Below are positions 44,301 through 53,159 of a DNA stretch of 64,000 nt, one piece after another; the first letter of the stretch is position 1; each line of letters opens with the position of its first letter. The translations under genes and the position numbers were made by a program. Below the pieces are notes generated by a model. The model was not told where the DNA came from. It searched no databases and saw only the letters and a list, made by a program, of their open reading frames with translations. This stretch comes from an uncultured Planctomycetia bacterium (GTDB lineage: Bacteria; Omnitrophota; Gorgyraeia; 1-14-0-20-64-10). The DNA is taken from assembly GCA_964373715.1 (NCBI GenBank), contig CAYJVR010000006.1, positions 39,781-103,780 on the forward strand, given 5' to 3'.

Positions 44301-47300
44301 CCGTTCCGTTGAAAAACTGGAGCCGTGGCGTTTCTCCGGCATGTTTCTTCTCTTGGATATAAAGCAGGATTTTCACCAGCGCATTGTCGAAAGACAGCTC
44401 CTCCATACCACCCTGAAACGCGCCGTGGATCGCCTCCCAGATCCAACCCCGCTCCTGGTCCGCGATCTGCAGTTTTTCTTCCGCCGAGCGCCTCATGAAT
44501 TCATCGAACAGGGATTCCTTCGTCGAAAAACCGGCCTGCTTCAAGGCCAGCACGAATTCCCAGCGGGCCAGTCCGACATCCGGAAGCGGAGGGACGGTGT
44601 TGTCTTCCAGCTGTTGAGTTCTGCGGATCCGCTGGATCATCAGGTTGATGCCTGTTGTTGCCGACAGCGCGGAGACGTATTTCCGCCATCTCTGCTCGAC
44701 TTCCTCCGTGCCGGCGGGACGGAGTTCGATGGCGGAGGATCCGGTCCGGACCACCTCGAAGAGGATATCCGGGGCGCCGTAGTTCCTCACAACCTCAACA
44801 ATGTCGGAGGCAACTTGACCAGCAGTCAGACCCATAGCCAATGAATAATCCACGCTGTTAACGAGAGCTCCCTTGGGGAAGTTAACTCGGATCGAGGTGG
44901 TTCCTTTAGCTTTCCAGGCAGGAATCTGTAGAGCCAACCATTCCTCGAGTTCCCCGATGCGTCCCTGATGAAGAACCTCCTCCGTTCCGGCGGAGAGATT
45001 CTTTACCCGAAACAGCCGGTCCGGCGCCCGAACGAAGCCGGAAGCTGATTGGTCCAGCAGTTGATGAAAACGTTCGGGAGTGGTAAGCATTATCTGGATC
45101 TGCTCCCCCTGCAGAGCGGCGGGCACCGCCTTCGGATCTTCTCCGAACCGTTTTCTCAGCGCTTCGACAAGAAGGTGGAGGTCATAGGTGCCTTGTAAAA
45201 GTCCGCGCACCAGTTCCCGGCCGGCCGGCGTGATCGAAATAGAGATTGGATCCGGCGTGTTGTAGACATAGGCGTATGGATTGAATTGATCGACCGGGAA
45301 GGAATAGCTGTCTGCCGGTTCCGGACCGACCCAAGGCCGCGCGTCGAACGCAGTGACCAGCCCCTCTCCCGAGACGAACAGGAGCAGCAGATCCCCCGCT
45401 TCGGAAGGGTTGAGCGAACCGGCCCGTTCGGTGAGCGGCGCAGGCAGTGCACGGTTCCCCAAGACATTTACGGGAAAGGTTGTTTCTTCTAAGCCGGTGG
45501 AGGGAGGGGCTTCTTGAGGATCGAGCCGACGGAAAGTGATCGCGATGTCTTGACTCCGCAAAACAATGTTGCTTGAAGCGATCTTGGAGCTCCACATCTC
45601 ATAGATTCCGACAGCATCAGTAGGGGCGACCGCCTCCAGCAGAGATAACTTCCATTGCTGCTTGGCGATTGCCCCCTCCAGTTTCTCTGCGTACGGCTGA
45701 ATGATTGCCTGAGCCGTATCGATCAGCCAGCGGTATTCCTTTTCGGGTATCAACTTGGAGATAGGGACAAAACCTCTAGGTGCCAGGGCGTCTCCCCGTT
45801 CTGCCAGGGCGTCCGATAAGCCCTGGATTTGGCCATCCTCGGACAGGACGAGTTTAAAAAGCAAACCGTTCCGCAACACCCTCTGAGGAAGTCCATGCTG
45901 CCGATAATAGTCGAGCCCATGAATCACGTCATAATAGACATGAAGATGGATCCACCAAGCTTCTCCAGCGCCCCTGACCAGCGCCCAGTGGGGATTAAGA
46001 ATGGTTCCGGTTGTCGACCGCCGGAATCCCGTGTCAAAATCGACAAGACTTCCAAAACCCCACCATTCGTTTAGACCATCCAAGAGCTGTTTTTGAACAA
46101 CAGTTCTGATTTGATCGACATAACGGCCGGAATTTAAAGCTTCCTCCTGTCCGGCGGATCCAGGGTTCTCGATCGGGGGTGACAGCACGGCGGTTTGGCG
46201 TGTTTCGTCAATAACCAGCTGCAGCCAGCCCCCCTGCTGCAGCGACATGGCTTGCGACCAAATTTTCTGCTCGGGGAAATGAGGACCTTTCAGTCGGGAG
46301 GGTTTTCCTTTCGGTTGCATGAACACAACCTCCGTCACTTTCGGAGAAGTGCCACTGGTTGCCTGAAGGATTGCCTGAACCGCCTCGTTGATGTAAATAT
46401 TTTCTGGAAGCGTTTTTTGGGAAGCAGTTGCCAGAAGTTGATTCAGCATCCGGATTGAAAGTTTATGGGCCGATTTTCGCGCCTCCCGGAAAGCAGGTGC
46501 CAGCTCCTTGCCCTGCCGCATGACCGGGTAAAAGGTAATTGTCCGATCTGGATGGATGAGGAAGAAGCTCCGGCTTTCCAAAGGAAGAGGCCACCAGGCG
46601 CCTTGCTCGTCAGAGCGGGCCAGAATCCGGTACTTTTCAATTCGGATTTCTATGGTTTTCAAAGCTGCTTCTGGATTATCCGGGTCGGCATACCCGATTC
46701 GGGCAGGTTCCCCCCGCTCTGAAAGAATCGTCAGCAGTTTCCGAGCTTCGGCAATCCTCAACCAGAAAGGAGGCTGTGTTTCTGCAGACAGAGGAACCCG
46801 CATACGCTCTTCTTTCCCGGCGGTAGGGCCGGGTTCTGGTGTGAGGCCGGAGATGCTTTGTGTTTGTTGCTTGGAGGCGTTGAACCACTGGAGTTTGGGT
46901 TCCAGCGTGCGCGGTCCTATGCTGAAACCGACGTAGCCTTTCGCCATCAGCGCGGCGGCATTTTCCGTTTTGACTCCGCCGGCGCTCCCGAACACGCGGA
47001 TGTGGGACAACGCCGCGTCCCCCGCCATCCGTTCAAGAAGAGCCGCCGTTTCCCCTGCGGTTATCCCGGGTCCTACGGCAGGCTCCACCTCGATTCCCTG
47101 TGCTCCGGTTAGTTGTGCGGTTTCCACATCGGCCCAATCCCGAACCTTTGCAATGACGAGAATTTGGTTATTAACGCCGGTCTTTGCGGTTTCCAGAACC
47201 ACCTCCCCAATAACAGAAACCGGCGCGCTGATGATCAGGTTGCGTCCTTGGGCGGAGGAAACCACCGAAGGGACTTGCGAGGCCTGATAAATGGCAACGC

Positions 47301-49422
47301 CGACCACGGCATTTTGGTTCTTGGTTCGCAGCTGGCTGAGGGCCTGAAGGCTGAGCGCATCATCAATCCCCCGGATGTCAATCTTAGGAATAAGACCGCT
47401 TTCCAGCACCTGTTGAGCGAACTGAGAGATAAAGTCCGGACTGGCGTTTGCCGGGTAGTCTGCCTGATCCCTCCAATTGATAAAGCCGAATCCGCGATAA
47501 TTTTTGAGTTCTTCTGCCAGAGATTTCGCCGTTCGGGCCGAGGTTTCCTCCAGGCCGGCGGTCGTCTCATCCTTGGCGGCAGGCGGCGGCTGAGGCGGTG
47601 TCCAGCGGTAGGTTTTCAGGAAGTGATATTTTTCCATCGTCTCGGCGGCGGTAACCTTCGGGTCCCAGCTTCCGCCGAATTGTTTTTCGGCTTTCTTGAG
47701 AAGGTTGTTCACAACGCCGCTTTCAAATGCGGTGCTGTAAGTCGGAAAGTGGTCGGCATTTCGGCCGACGGAAACTGTCAAAACCCCGACCGCCACTTGC
47801 AGGCGGACGATCACCTCATCCATCGGGGAGCCTAGCGAGAAGACCGCGGCCGACGCGTCCGGGTGGGGCAGTTCATGGAAGAGGTTCCGCGTGTCCTTCG
47901 CAAACCGGTCTCGGATATGGTCGGCAAGCCAGGTTTTGACCTGTTCGGCCGAGGATTCCTCCAGCCCGGCGGAAACGCCGGACCTTTTTCCCCAGGATGA
48001 AATGAAATCAGGCCGGTGTTTCAGGAATCCGTCGATGGTTCGACGAACTATCTGTTCTACAACCTCAGCAGGGGCGTCCGGTGGAACCTCCCGAACGAAG
48101 GATTCGAATCGGCAGCAAAAGGTGGGGAAGAATGCTTGCAGCACCGCATCTCTTGATCCGGCCGGCTCCGCCGCGTAAGCGAGAAGGAACCGATACACCA
48201 GTTGAGCCCAAAGCTCTTCCGACAAGTGAAGTTGTTCCGGCGAGGCACCATGAAGCTTCTCGAGTTCTTGAAAGAGCGCTTCCCCCACAATCTTTTTGAT
48301 CGCCGCTCGGTCTCCAGCAAAATACTGCCGGAACATTCGGTCGTAAGTCATTGCCAGCTCATCCGGCTTCCGGAGGGTGCTGATGTTCGGAGCGGGGATT
48401 CCTTCGCCGTCCTGCGGAATCTTCAAACGAACCCAAGAATCGCTGTTTGCTAAAACTGATTCAAACAACACCCGAAAGATTTGGATGTCGTTCTTGCGAA
48501 GACCCTCGTCCTGATCCATGCGGTCTGAGGTGTGCAGCAATTGGCCCAGGGGGGGCTCGTAAAACCGCACCTTGTTGAGCAGCAAATTCTGGGTCAAAAC
48601 CAGGTCTATGCCATACCCGGAGTAAACCTCGTGTCTCTCCAAGTTTTGCAGATAGGTGCTTAAGCCGTGGATCACGTCCGCCGTCATGGCCCGTACCCCG
48701 CTGAGCGGGTGCCGAGGCGCCTGGCCGTAAATGGCGGAGAGCAATGGGTGGATAAGATGATTGGTCACTTCCGCGTCGTGAGCTAACCGCTCAACGTTCG
48801 GAATCGCGCAACTGTTAGAACCGGCGGAAAGGACGGGGTCCAGAGTGATTTTCATCCATTCGGGGGTTATATTTGTGATGTCCGCATCAAAGTAAGCCAT
48901 GTGGGCGTTCTTATCAGAGGAGACATCGATAAAGGCTCGTACGCTCCACCCTTTTCCCCGCAAGCCGGTCGGCTTCTGAAAACTACTGTAAGCTGTTTTT
49001 GGCGAGCCGTTTGGGAGAACAGCGCTGATTTCGACGGGGGAATCGGCCTCCCCTATGGCAAGAACAAGGAATCGGGTTTTGGGGTAGAACCGTGTAAGCC
49101 CTTGCTCAATTTGCTCCAAAAGGTTCCCCACCGTTTGAGTCAATTCGCGGGAAAACGGTATGCCGATTACCACGTCTGCCGGATAGGTGCGGAGGGCCTC
49201 CCGCGTTTTTTCCAGAAAATCCTGATATTGGTGCTCCGCCGTTCGGGCTGGGGGTTCCTCCAGACCGGTGGAGAGTTTAAGAAGAGTCGTGGCCAGCTCG
49301 CCGGCGATAGCCCCCTCCGGCGCGGCTTCAGGCCGAAGAGCGCATGCCGACGGAGGCAAGGCAAGGCTGACCGATAGAAGAGCGGATAGAATTCTTCCGT
49401 ATAAAGGAAAGGGATTTTTCAT
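41374..49422 (-). CDS. Giant multi-module protein (2682 aa from MKNPFPL, or 2706 aa from the track start). After an N-terminal signal/anchor it carries a GT-A glycosyltransferase-like module, a TIM-barrel-like module, several unknown modules and two class-I SAM-dependent methyltransferase modules. Ten AG[L/T]EE motifs punctuate it.
   Basis: A single uninterrupted 8.1 kb ORF. MTase motif I occurs twice (VLEIGTGYGYV, and VVDLGSGTGSGSFLV with GVDLSESM). The GT-A-like region shows DVVIGIPFSRE ... YFDADITN. The TIM-barrel-like region shows HIRVFGSAGGVKTENAAALMAKGYVGFSIG. GLEE/GTEE motifs sit at aa 77, 510, 647, 1334, 1502, 1595, 1794, 2275, 2562 and 2691. Confidence 0.85.
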   Translation of the reverse strand: MKNPFPLYGRILSALLSVSLALPPSACALRPEAAPEGAIAGELATTLLKLSTGLEEPPARTAEHQYQDFLEKTREALRTYPADVVIGIPFSRELTQTVGNLLEQIEQGLTRFYPKTRFLVLAIGEADSPVEISAVLPNGSPKTAYSSFQKPTGLRGKGWSVRAFIDVSSDKNAHMAYFDADITNITPEWMKITLDPVLSAGSNSCAIPNVERLAHDAEVTNHLIHPLLSAIYGQAPRHPLSGVRAMTADVIHGLSTYLQNLERHEVYSGYGIDLVLTQNLLLNKVRFYEPPLGQLLHTSDRMDQDEGLRKNDIQIFRVLFESVLANSDSWVRLKIPQDGEGIPAPNISTLRKPDELAMTYDRMFRQYFAGDRAAIKKIVGEALFQELEKLHGASPEQLHLSEELWAQLVYRFLLAYAAEPAGSRDAVLQAFFPTFCCRFESFVREVPPDAPAEVVEQIVRRTIDGFLKHRPDFISSWGKRSGVSAGLEESSAEQVKTWLADHIRDRFAKDTRNLFHELPHPDASAAVFSLGSPMDEVIVRLQVAVGVLTVSVGRNADHFPTYSTAFESGVVNNLLKKAEKQFGGSWDPKVTAAETMEKYHFLKTYRWTPPQPPPAAKDETTAGLEETSARTAKSLAEELKNYRGFGFINWRDQADYPANASPDFISQFAQQVLESGLIPKIDIRGIDDALSLQALSQLRTKNQNAVVGVAIYQASQVPSVVSSAQGRNLIISAPVSVIGEVVLETAKTGVNNQILVIAKVRDWADVETAQLTGAQGIEVEPAVGPGITAGETAALLERMAGDAALSHIRVFGSAGGVKTENAAALMAKGYVGFSIGPRTLEPKLQWFNASKQQTQSISGLTPEPGPTAGKEERMRVPLSAETQPPFWLRIAEARKLLTILSERGEPARIGYADPDNPEAALKTIEIRIEKYRILARSDEQGAWWPLPLESRSFFLIHPDRTITFYPVMRQGKELAPAFREARKSAHKLSIRMLNQLLATASQKTLPENIYINEAVQAILQATSGTSPKVTEVVFMQPKGKPSRLKGPHFPEQKIWSQAMSLQQGGWLQLVIDETRQTAVLSPPIENPGSAGQEEALNSGRYVDQIRTVVQKQLLDGLNEWWGFGSLVDFDTGFRRSTTGTILNPHWALVRGAGEAWWIHLHVYYDVIHGLDYYRQHGLPQRVLRNGLLFKLVLSEDGQIQGLSDALAERGDALAPRGFVPISKLIPEKEYRWLIDTAQAIIQPYAEKLEGAIAKQQWKLSLLEAVAPTDAVGIYEMWSSKIASSNIVLRSQDIAITFRRLDPQEAPPSTGLEETTFPVNVLGNRALPAPLTERAGSLNPSEAGDLLLLFVSGEGLVTAFDARPWVGPEPADSYSFPVDQFNPYAYVYNTPDPISISITPAGRELVRGLLQGTYDLHLLVEALRKRFGEDPKAVPAALQGEQIQIMLTTPERFHQLLDQSASGFVRAPDRLFRVKNLSAGTEEVLHQGRIGELEEWLALQIPAWKAKGTTSIRVNFPKGALVNSVDYSLAMGLTAGQVASDIVEVVRNYGAPDILFEVVRTGSSAIELRPAGTEEVEQRWRKYVSALSATTGINLMIQRIRRTQQLEDNTVPPLPDVGLARWEFVLALKQAGFSTKESLFDEFMRRSAEEKLQIADQERGWIWEAIHGAFQGGMEELSFDNALVKILLYIQEKKHAGETPRLQFFNGTDPVSRHGLSGDDLTTQEIREALAEVANLSENGLVTVEIGKGKFIPMEVLSISPAVRRPASGGGLEEPFPLTLKPVPFDNALSKKLAGWLNNTRLQVGTGSLEGQVEATLQHVKKYEEVAASSDLLAFHTFQVGPTPETFARFPWLAVLNKQPPSAAYPNAGSFGQIALSRYKTEEDQLALLIEEVQPSDGYHEINSKHRHQMDGWRRKAVEAIAQAAAVNGYLVFAASAEVIYYANITAPLSSYETQKNYMEPYDPAVWENKILIIEDSGLYRHPSRPTGERLAWHAFKGNPKPHVTGEGFLGVLFGQSFGRSLNNRLFPPSLNDPVLWPVNGIPLPERMQVFWDRYFSENPPLSTETTVDLMLTAVDMAAPFIKQKRVLEIGTGYGYVVSAAVDIAGAGRGVGTDIQGAYLVKGREAVARLGLSDRVTLLEGDLFTPVQGELFDVVFSNTANLDMADRFIQSVETVLAPDGIAFLLPWDNSILGEWAFASPNLDPKRFQKAASRAGLVLQPVITGPGNVKIYAIARDRKRLDLVRKVFEGRAGLEEGLPAQGSVWDQPESGPSYARFAAHPEYGQANQHLVDLLTRNGLGNGQTVVDLGSGTGSGSFLVARALGSTGKVIGVDLSESMAIQAQGRISDSFRGIVEFRAGDALKFRELVPENPNAVVLFNSIHLMGDSSLLAKEVSAKLAPGQLFGFNTTFTKESVPPESMRVYLAIADKAKVSLEKSFPDAPPVSRKRLRTLSQREYRDLIEQAGFAIVEEETRTVPLTTAALRDFVQVPVVADQLLPFDIPLADRQKILSDAVTEAMAELGLQTLPRNWFFLVAKKSAGLEEPVALFSRAQEQADGFRSVSLPDSTWVIVIGQSLAQKFPGLQVLAAVWNNRIVIDRGDPADTITRVAERGDAVHFYGESEEATLFGSMAGRAQLGFIAHDPTGWSFTLLVQEILKVLGVPSEVVSSGLEEFSDDLQALGAAA

Positions 49423-49522
49423 AGCCTTAATAGAATATAGATCAAGTATATAGTCAAAGGAAGGAAAAATGCAGAAATAACAAAGATTAATCATCCATTA
49501 ACACAAGTAACGGGAGAGAACA

Positions 49523-49539
49523 GGCTATTCTTAATAGCC
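49523..49539. promoter_or_regulatory. Perfect palindrome GGCTATT-ctt-AATAGCC in the divergent promoter region between the two giant genes (candidate operator)
   Basis: Read directly. It lies in an AT-rich 237 bp intergenic region between divergent starts. Confidence 0.4.
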
Positions 49540-49600
49540 CTATTATCGAAAAAACGAAGGAAACCGCACATGTTAGAAATCAACAAATTTAAATCTACTC

Positions 49601-49630
49601 TTGACAGACCTCTCTTTTGTCGTGTAGACT
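49601..49630 (+). promoter_or_regulatory. Candidate sigma70 promoter for the 49660 gene (TTGACA-N18-TAGACT)
   Basis: Hexamers read about 30 nt upstream of the ATG. Confidence 0.4.
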
Positions 49631-49659
49631 TCTAATATCCCCGAGAAAACCTCGAGATT

Positions 49660-52600
49660 ATGGCGGTGAAATTGAAAAGAAAAAAAGAGGTTTTCTTGAT
49701 TCCCCGTTTGTTGGCAGCGTTTCTGATTGCCTGCCAGGTCGTTTCAGGTACACCTACTTTCTCACGCGCTGAAGTACCGAATCCCTCTGCCGCGACTCTG
49801 CGAGCCACCATCGAAGGTTCCACCGAACCGAATCTCCGGCATCTTTTCGGGCTTCCGTCTGCCTCCGTCGCGCCGTCTGCTGGTTTGGAGGAATCGCTCG
49901 GGTTTACCCGAAAGATCTTTCTTTATTTGACGGCGGCCGGGTTGCTTTGGGCGGGGGCCAACGGTCTTACAAACATCCCTGTAGGGGCTATCGCCCAGGA
50001 TAAAAAGCCGGCCGTGGAATTCGTTCTTCCGAAAGAGGTGGGTAAACCGTGGGATTCCCTGTTTAAGACAGATCCCAAGAGCAAAGCGATCCCTTTCCGC
50101 GCTTCGGACACCTTTTTCCAGGTTGGGTTGGTCCGGGCGGATGATCCGACGCGGGGTTTTTACTGGGATTTTTGGGCGGTTGAGCCGGATGGGACATCCA
50201 TAGGCAGAGTTCAAACCGCCCAGGATGGTGGTTGGCGGATCGTGAATCCGGGGACGAACGACACGATCGGTGCCCTCCATTTTGGCCTCGCGAATAATTT
50301 TACGATTTATGACCGGTACGGCAAACCAGTTTCCCAAAACCTGAGCGTTCTTGCTCCCGGGGAGAAAGCCCCTCCAGCCAAAGACCCGATACCTATTTAT
50401 ATTGTCCTTGCGCGGGGCGGAGACGGCAGTCCCACCAAAGTTCAGCCCGATCCGATCGGATACATCCAGGTGAGAGAACGGCTTCTGCTTAACCAGGACA
50501 AAAAGCCTATCGCCTTGATCCGACCGGCGACCTTAATGACAAAAGGCTTCCAGGAAAACAGCCACCCTTTTTATCTCGACGGCGTTTCTCTGACGTATGA
50601 TCTTTATACAGCGGATCCGTCTCCCGGGCTCCAGAAAAAGCTGCAGGAGAGGCTTGACGCCATGAAACCGGATTCGTTGCCGGGGAAAATAATGAAAGCC
50701 CAACTGGCTGTCCGCTTGATACAGGTGGATCTTCTTCTTGGCGAGAAAGGGAGCGGAAAATTCGCCAAGGCGGGGATATTACCGGAAGAGGCGAAAAAAG
50801 CCGCCGATGCCCTGGCGGTGGAGCGCCTACCGGTCCTTAACGATTTAGGCAGGAAGGAGAGTAGACAGCTCATTTGGCAGGCAATCGAGAATGCCGATCC
50901 TCTATATCGTCTTTACTCCGAGGGGGTTCGGCTTGCCGGCTACCGGGACGACCGGGAGGTTTTGGAGCATATCTTGCTGACTCAAAAAGTCATTTGGGCA
51001 GGTTGGGGGGCCCCGCACGTGAAGGCAGACGCCGCCACACCGCTTCAAGACTGGATGCGGGATATCCTGGTGGACAGTTTGCGTTTTCAGGCGATACGCA
51101 CCCCGGAAGAGGCGATCCAGTTGACATCGGAGGTGCTGTTGGCTCCGGGCGCGGAATTGGTCCGTCAACGGAAACAGGATGTTTGGCTGAAGGATCCTTG
51201 GCTGAACAGAACAGATCGCGTTCTTATCCTGCGGGCCAAGAGACAGTTTGGGGCGTTTGACAAAGCGGTTCATCAGGCGGCCGCGCTTCACAGGGCCGGC
51301 TACCCGGTCAGCTTCTGGAGCCTGTTGGTGCATAAGCAGATGGATGATAACACTAAAACGATTGTGCAGGAGACCCTCGTGGTTGCGGGGGATAAAGAGG
51401 GCGGGAAAAAGATCACCATTTTGGGAGCCGACAGCGTGCTGGGTGATTTGGGCGGGAAAAAACTTGAGAAGGGGCTTTACCAATTTGAATCGATAGACTC
51501 GCTGAAGAACCTGCTCGAAGAGCGCGGGGAGTACCGCATGACGCTGGAAAACGCGGCGGCGGCGAAGACAACCATGCCGGCGTGGGCCAATGAGCTTCGG
51601 AAACCGATCGACTATAATCACAAGAGTTGGGATGCGGCAGGACAGCCTCACCGGGATCCCCTGCTCAACTGGATCTTTTTCGACCATAACGTGGATCCGT
51701 GGTTTTCGTTTACCAGGGAGAGTTTTGATAATTCTCGAGAGTTGGCCCGGGCGTTTGCCAAAGGGATGGAGAAGCATAAGATCGCTCTGTACATACGGCA
51801 GAAGAAAGACGGCGGAAAAACAGAGGATGTCGCCGTTGAAGATTTGGCCAAAAGAGAAAAGGCGCTGATTCTCACAAAGCACGAAGCGGTCCTGGGCAAG
51901 GCCTTCCAAACGCTGCCGGGTAAAATGTTCAGCGGGACGCGGAAATTCACGCTTCAGGAGGAAGCTCCGCTAAAAAAGGTTCTGCAGGCTGAAATCCGTG
52001 GCGACAAAGTGGTCCTTGTTGAAAGAGACTCTGTCGAAGGGGGCCGGGCGGACAGCCGGGAGGTCTCTTTATTTTTTGCCGGGTATGTTGAGGCGGTCCA
52101 CGAGATGATGCACCGGTGGGCGTTTGCCCGCGGGGATGCGTTAAGCGGAACATTTAAGATCGGAGAATGGACCGGCAACATGGTAGATCCATTTAATGAC
52201 ATCTCCTGGAAACAGGGTGAAGACAAACGATGGGTCCGGCGCAGCGACAAGATCAACTTGATTGATTTTGGCTGGGAGTACGGGGCGACCAACCAGGATG
52301 AGGATATCGCGGTCACAGGGCAAAGGTATGTCGTCCAGGCCCCTGAGGTTCGCCGGATAGCGAGAGGTGAGCTGAGAAACGGGAACCTGGTTCCGGCGGT
52401 TAAGTACCTCCACATGAAATACATCGCTTTCCTCGACACCGACGGCAAGAGTATGGAATACGATTTGGCCGGAGGGGAGATGCCGTTCGCGATGGATGAA
52501 TTTGAGAAAGGGGTGAAGGCCCTGAAGAGACCCCTGACCGATGAGCAGCAGAGGCTTTTGGATTTAGCCAGGAGGATACACCAGTTGTCACAACATATGA

Positions 52601-53142
52601 AAGAGAATAAGAAGATCAGCCAGGCCGCGCCGGGCAGCACGGACCTTCCGGCGGTTGTAGAGTTTCAGAGGGACTTGTCTGCGGCGGATCGGTTGGCCAT
52701 CTTTGCTGAGGCGGCGCGGGGCCCCGGTGTCGTCGTTGTTCAGGCGAGCACCCTTGCCCGCCGCGCCGGCTTGGAAGATTTTATGCTGGCGCTTCCGGCC
52801 GACTTAAAGAGCAGGATTATTCTTTTCGGCAAAGAGAGCGCTGCCGCTAAAAGGATTGCGGCCCGCGCTGGGATCACCCTTGTGGACAGCGATGAACTCA
52901 CCGATCTGGCAGTCGCGCTTTCGAGTTTGTGGCAGGCGGATCAGGTTGGCTTTATCGGCGATGCCGATAAAGCGCGTCTCTTGGCGGCGATGCTTCAGAG
53001 AATGAACATCAGCTTGTTTTCAATGGATCCGGACGTGGCCCTCGGGAAGATCCTGCTTTCCCTCGGGATTCCCGGCACCGTTCTTGACCAAGTGGATATT
53101 GGCGGGCTTGAAGAAGAGCTCGGCCGCCGGCGCTTCGCGTAA
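49660..53142 (+). CDS. Large (1160 aa) signal-peptide/lipobox protein with an HExxH (HEMMH) zinc-metallopeptidase-like motif. It carries the same AGLEE motif after its N-terminal hydrophobic segment (aa 73-78) and at its extreme C-terminus (aa 1148-1152), plus AGLED at aa 1036-1040.
   Basis: Uninterrupted ORF. LIAC lipobox. HEMMH lies at nt 52099..52113. No other family is recognised. Confidence 0.75.
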   Translation: MAVKLKRKKEVFLIPRLLAAFLIACQVVSGTPTFSRAEVPNPSAATLRATIEGSTEPNLRHLFGLPSASVAPSAGLEESLGFTRKIFLYLTAAGLLWAGANGLTNIPVGAIAQDKKPAVEFVLPKEVGKPWDSLFKTDPKSKAIPFRASDTFFQVGLVRADDPTRGFYWDFWAVEPDGTSIGRVQTAQDGGWRIVNPGTNDTIGALHFGLANNFTIYDRYGKPVSQNLSVLAPGEKAPPAKDPIPIYIVLARGGDGSPTKVQPDPIGYIQVRERLLLNQDKKPIALIRPATLMTKGFQENSHPFYLDGVSLTYDLYTADPSPGLQKKLQERLDAMKPDSLPGKIMKAQLAVRLIQVDLLLGEKGSGKFAKAGILPEEAKKAADALAVERLPVLNDLGRKESRQLIWQAIENADPLYRLYSEGVRLAGYRDDREVLEHILLTQKVIWAGWGAPHVKADAATPLQDWMRDILVDSLRFQAIRTPEEAIQLTSEVLLAPGAELVRQRKQDVWLKDPWLNRTDRVLILRAKRQFGAFDKAVHQAAALHRAGYPVSFWSLLVHKQMDDNTKTIVQETLVVAGDKEGGKKITILGADSVLGDLGGKKLEKGLYQFESIDSLKNLLEERGEYRMTLENAAAAKTTMPAWANELRKPIDYNHKSWDAAGQPHRDPLLNWIFFDHNVDPWFSFTRESFDNSRELARAFAKGMEKHKIALYIRQKKDGGKTEDVAVEDLAKREKALILTKHEAVLGKAFQTLPGKMFSGTRKFTLQEEAPLKKVLQAEIRGDKVVLVERDSVEGGRADSREVSLFFAGYVEAVHEMMHRWAFARGDALSGTFKIGEWTGNMVDPFNDISWKQGEDKRWVRRSDKINLIDFGWEYGATNQDEDIAVTGQRYVVQAPEVRRIARGELRNGNLVPAVKYLHMKYIAFLDTDGKSMEYDLAGGEMPFAMDEFEKGVKALKRPLTDEQQRLLDLARRIHQLSQHMKENKKISQAAPGSTDLPAVVEFQRDLSAADRLAIFAEAARGPGVVVVQASTLARRAGLEDFMLALPADLKSRIILFGKESAAAKRIAARAGITLVDSDELTDLAVALSSLWQADQVGFIGDADKARLLAAMLQRMNISLFSMDPDVALGKILLSLGIPGTVLDQVDIGGLEEELGRRRFA

Positions 53143-53159
53143 TTCCCCGCCTGTTCCGG

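Noticed and set aside
41413-49266. The possibility that the recurring TTCCTCCAGNCC (AGLEE-coding) elements are a DNA-level repeat family, REP-like elements or a degenerate CRISPR-like array.
   Set aside because: The spacing is irregular (93-687 codons). The copies sit in-frame within one ORF, and synonymous positions vary (GGT CTG, GGT TTG, GGC TTA, GGT CTC; GAG GAA, GAA GAG, GAA GAA). This indicates conservation at the protein level, not the DNA level.
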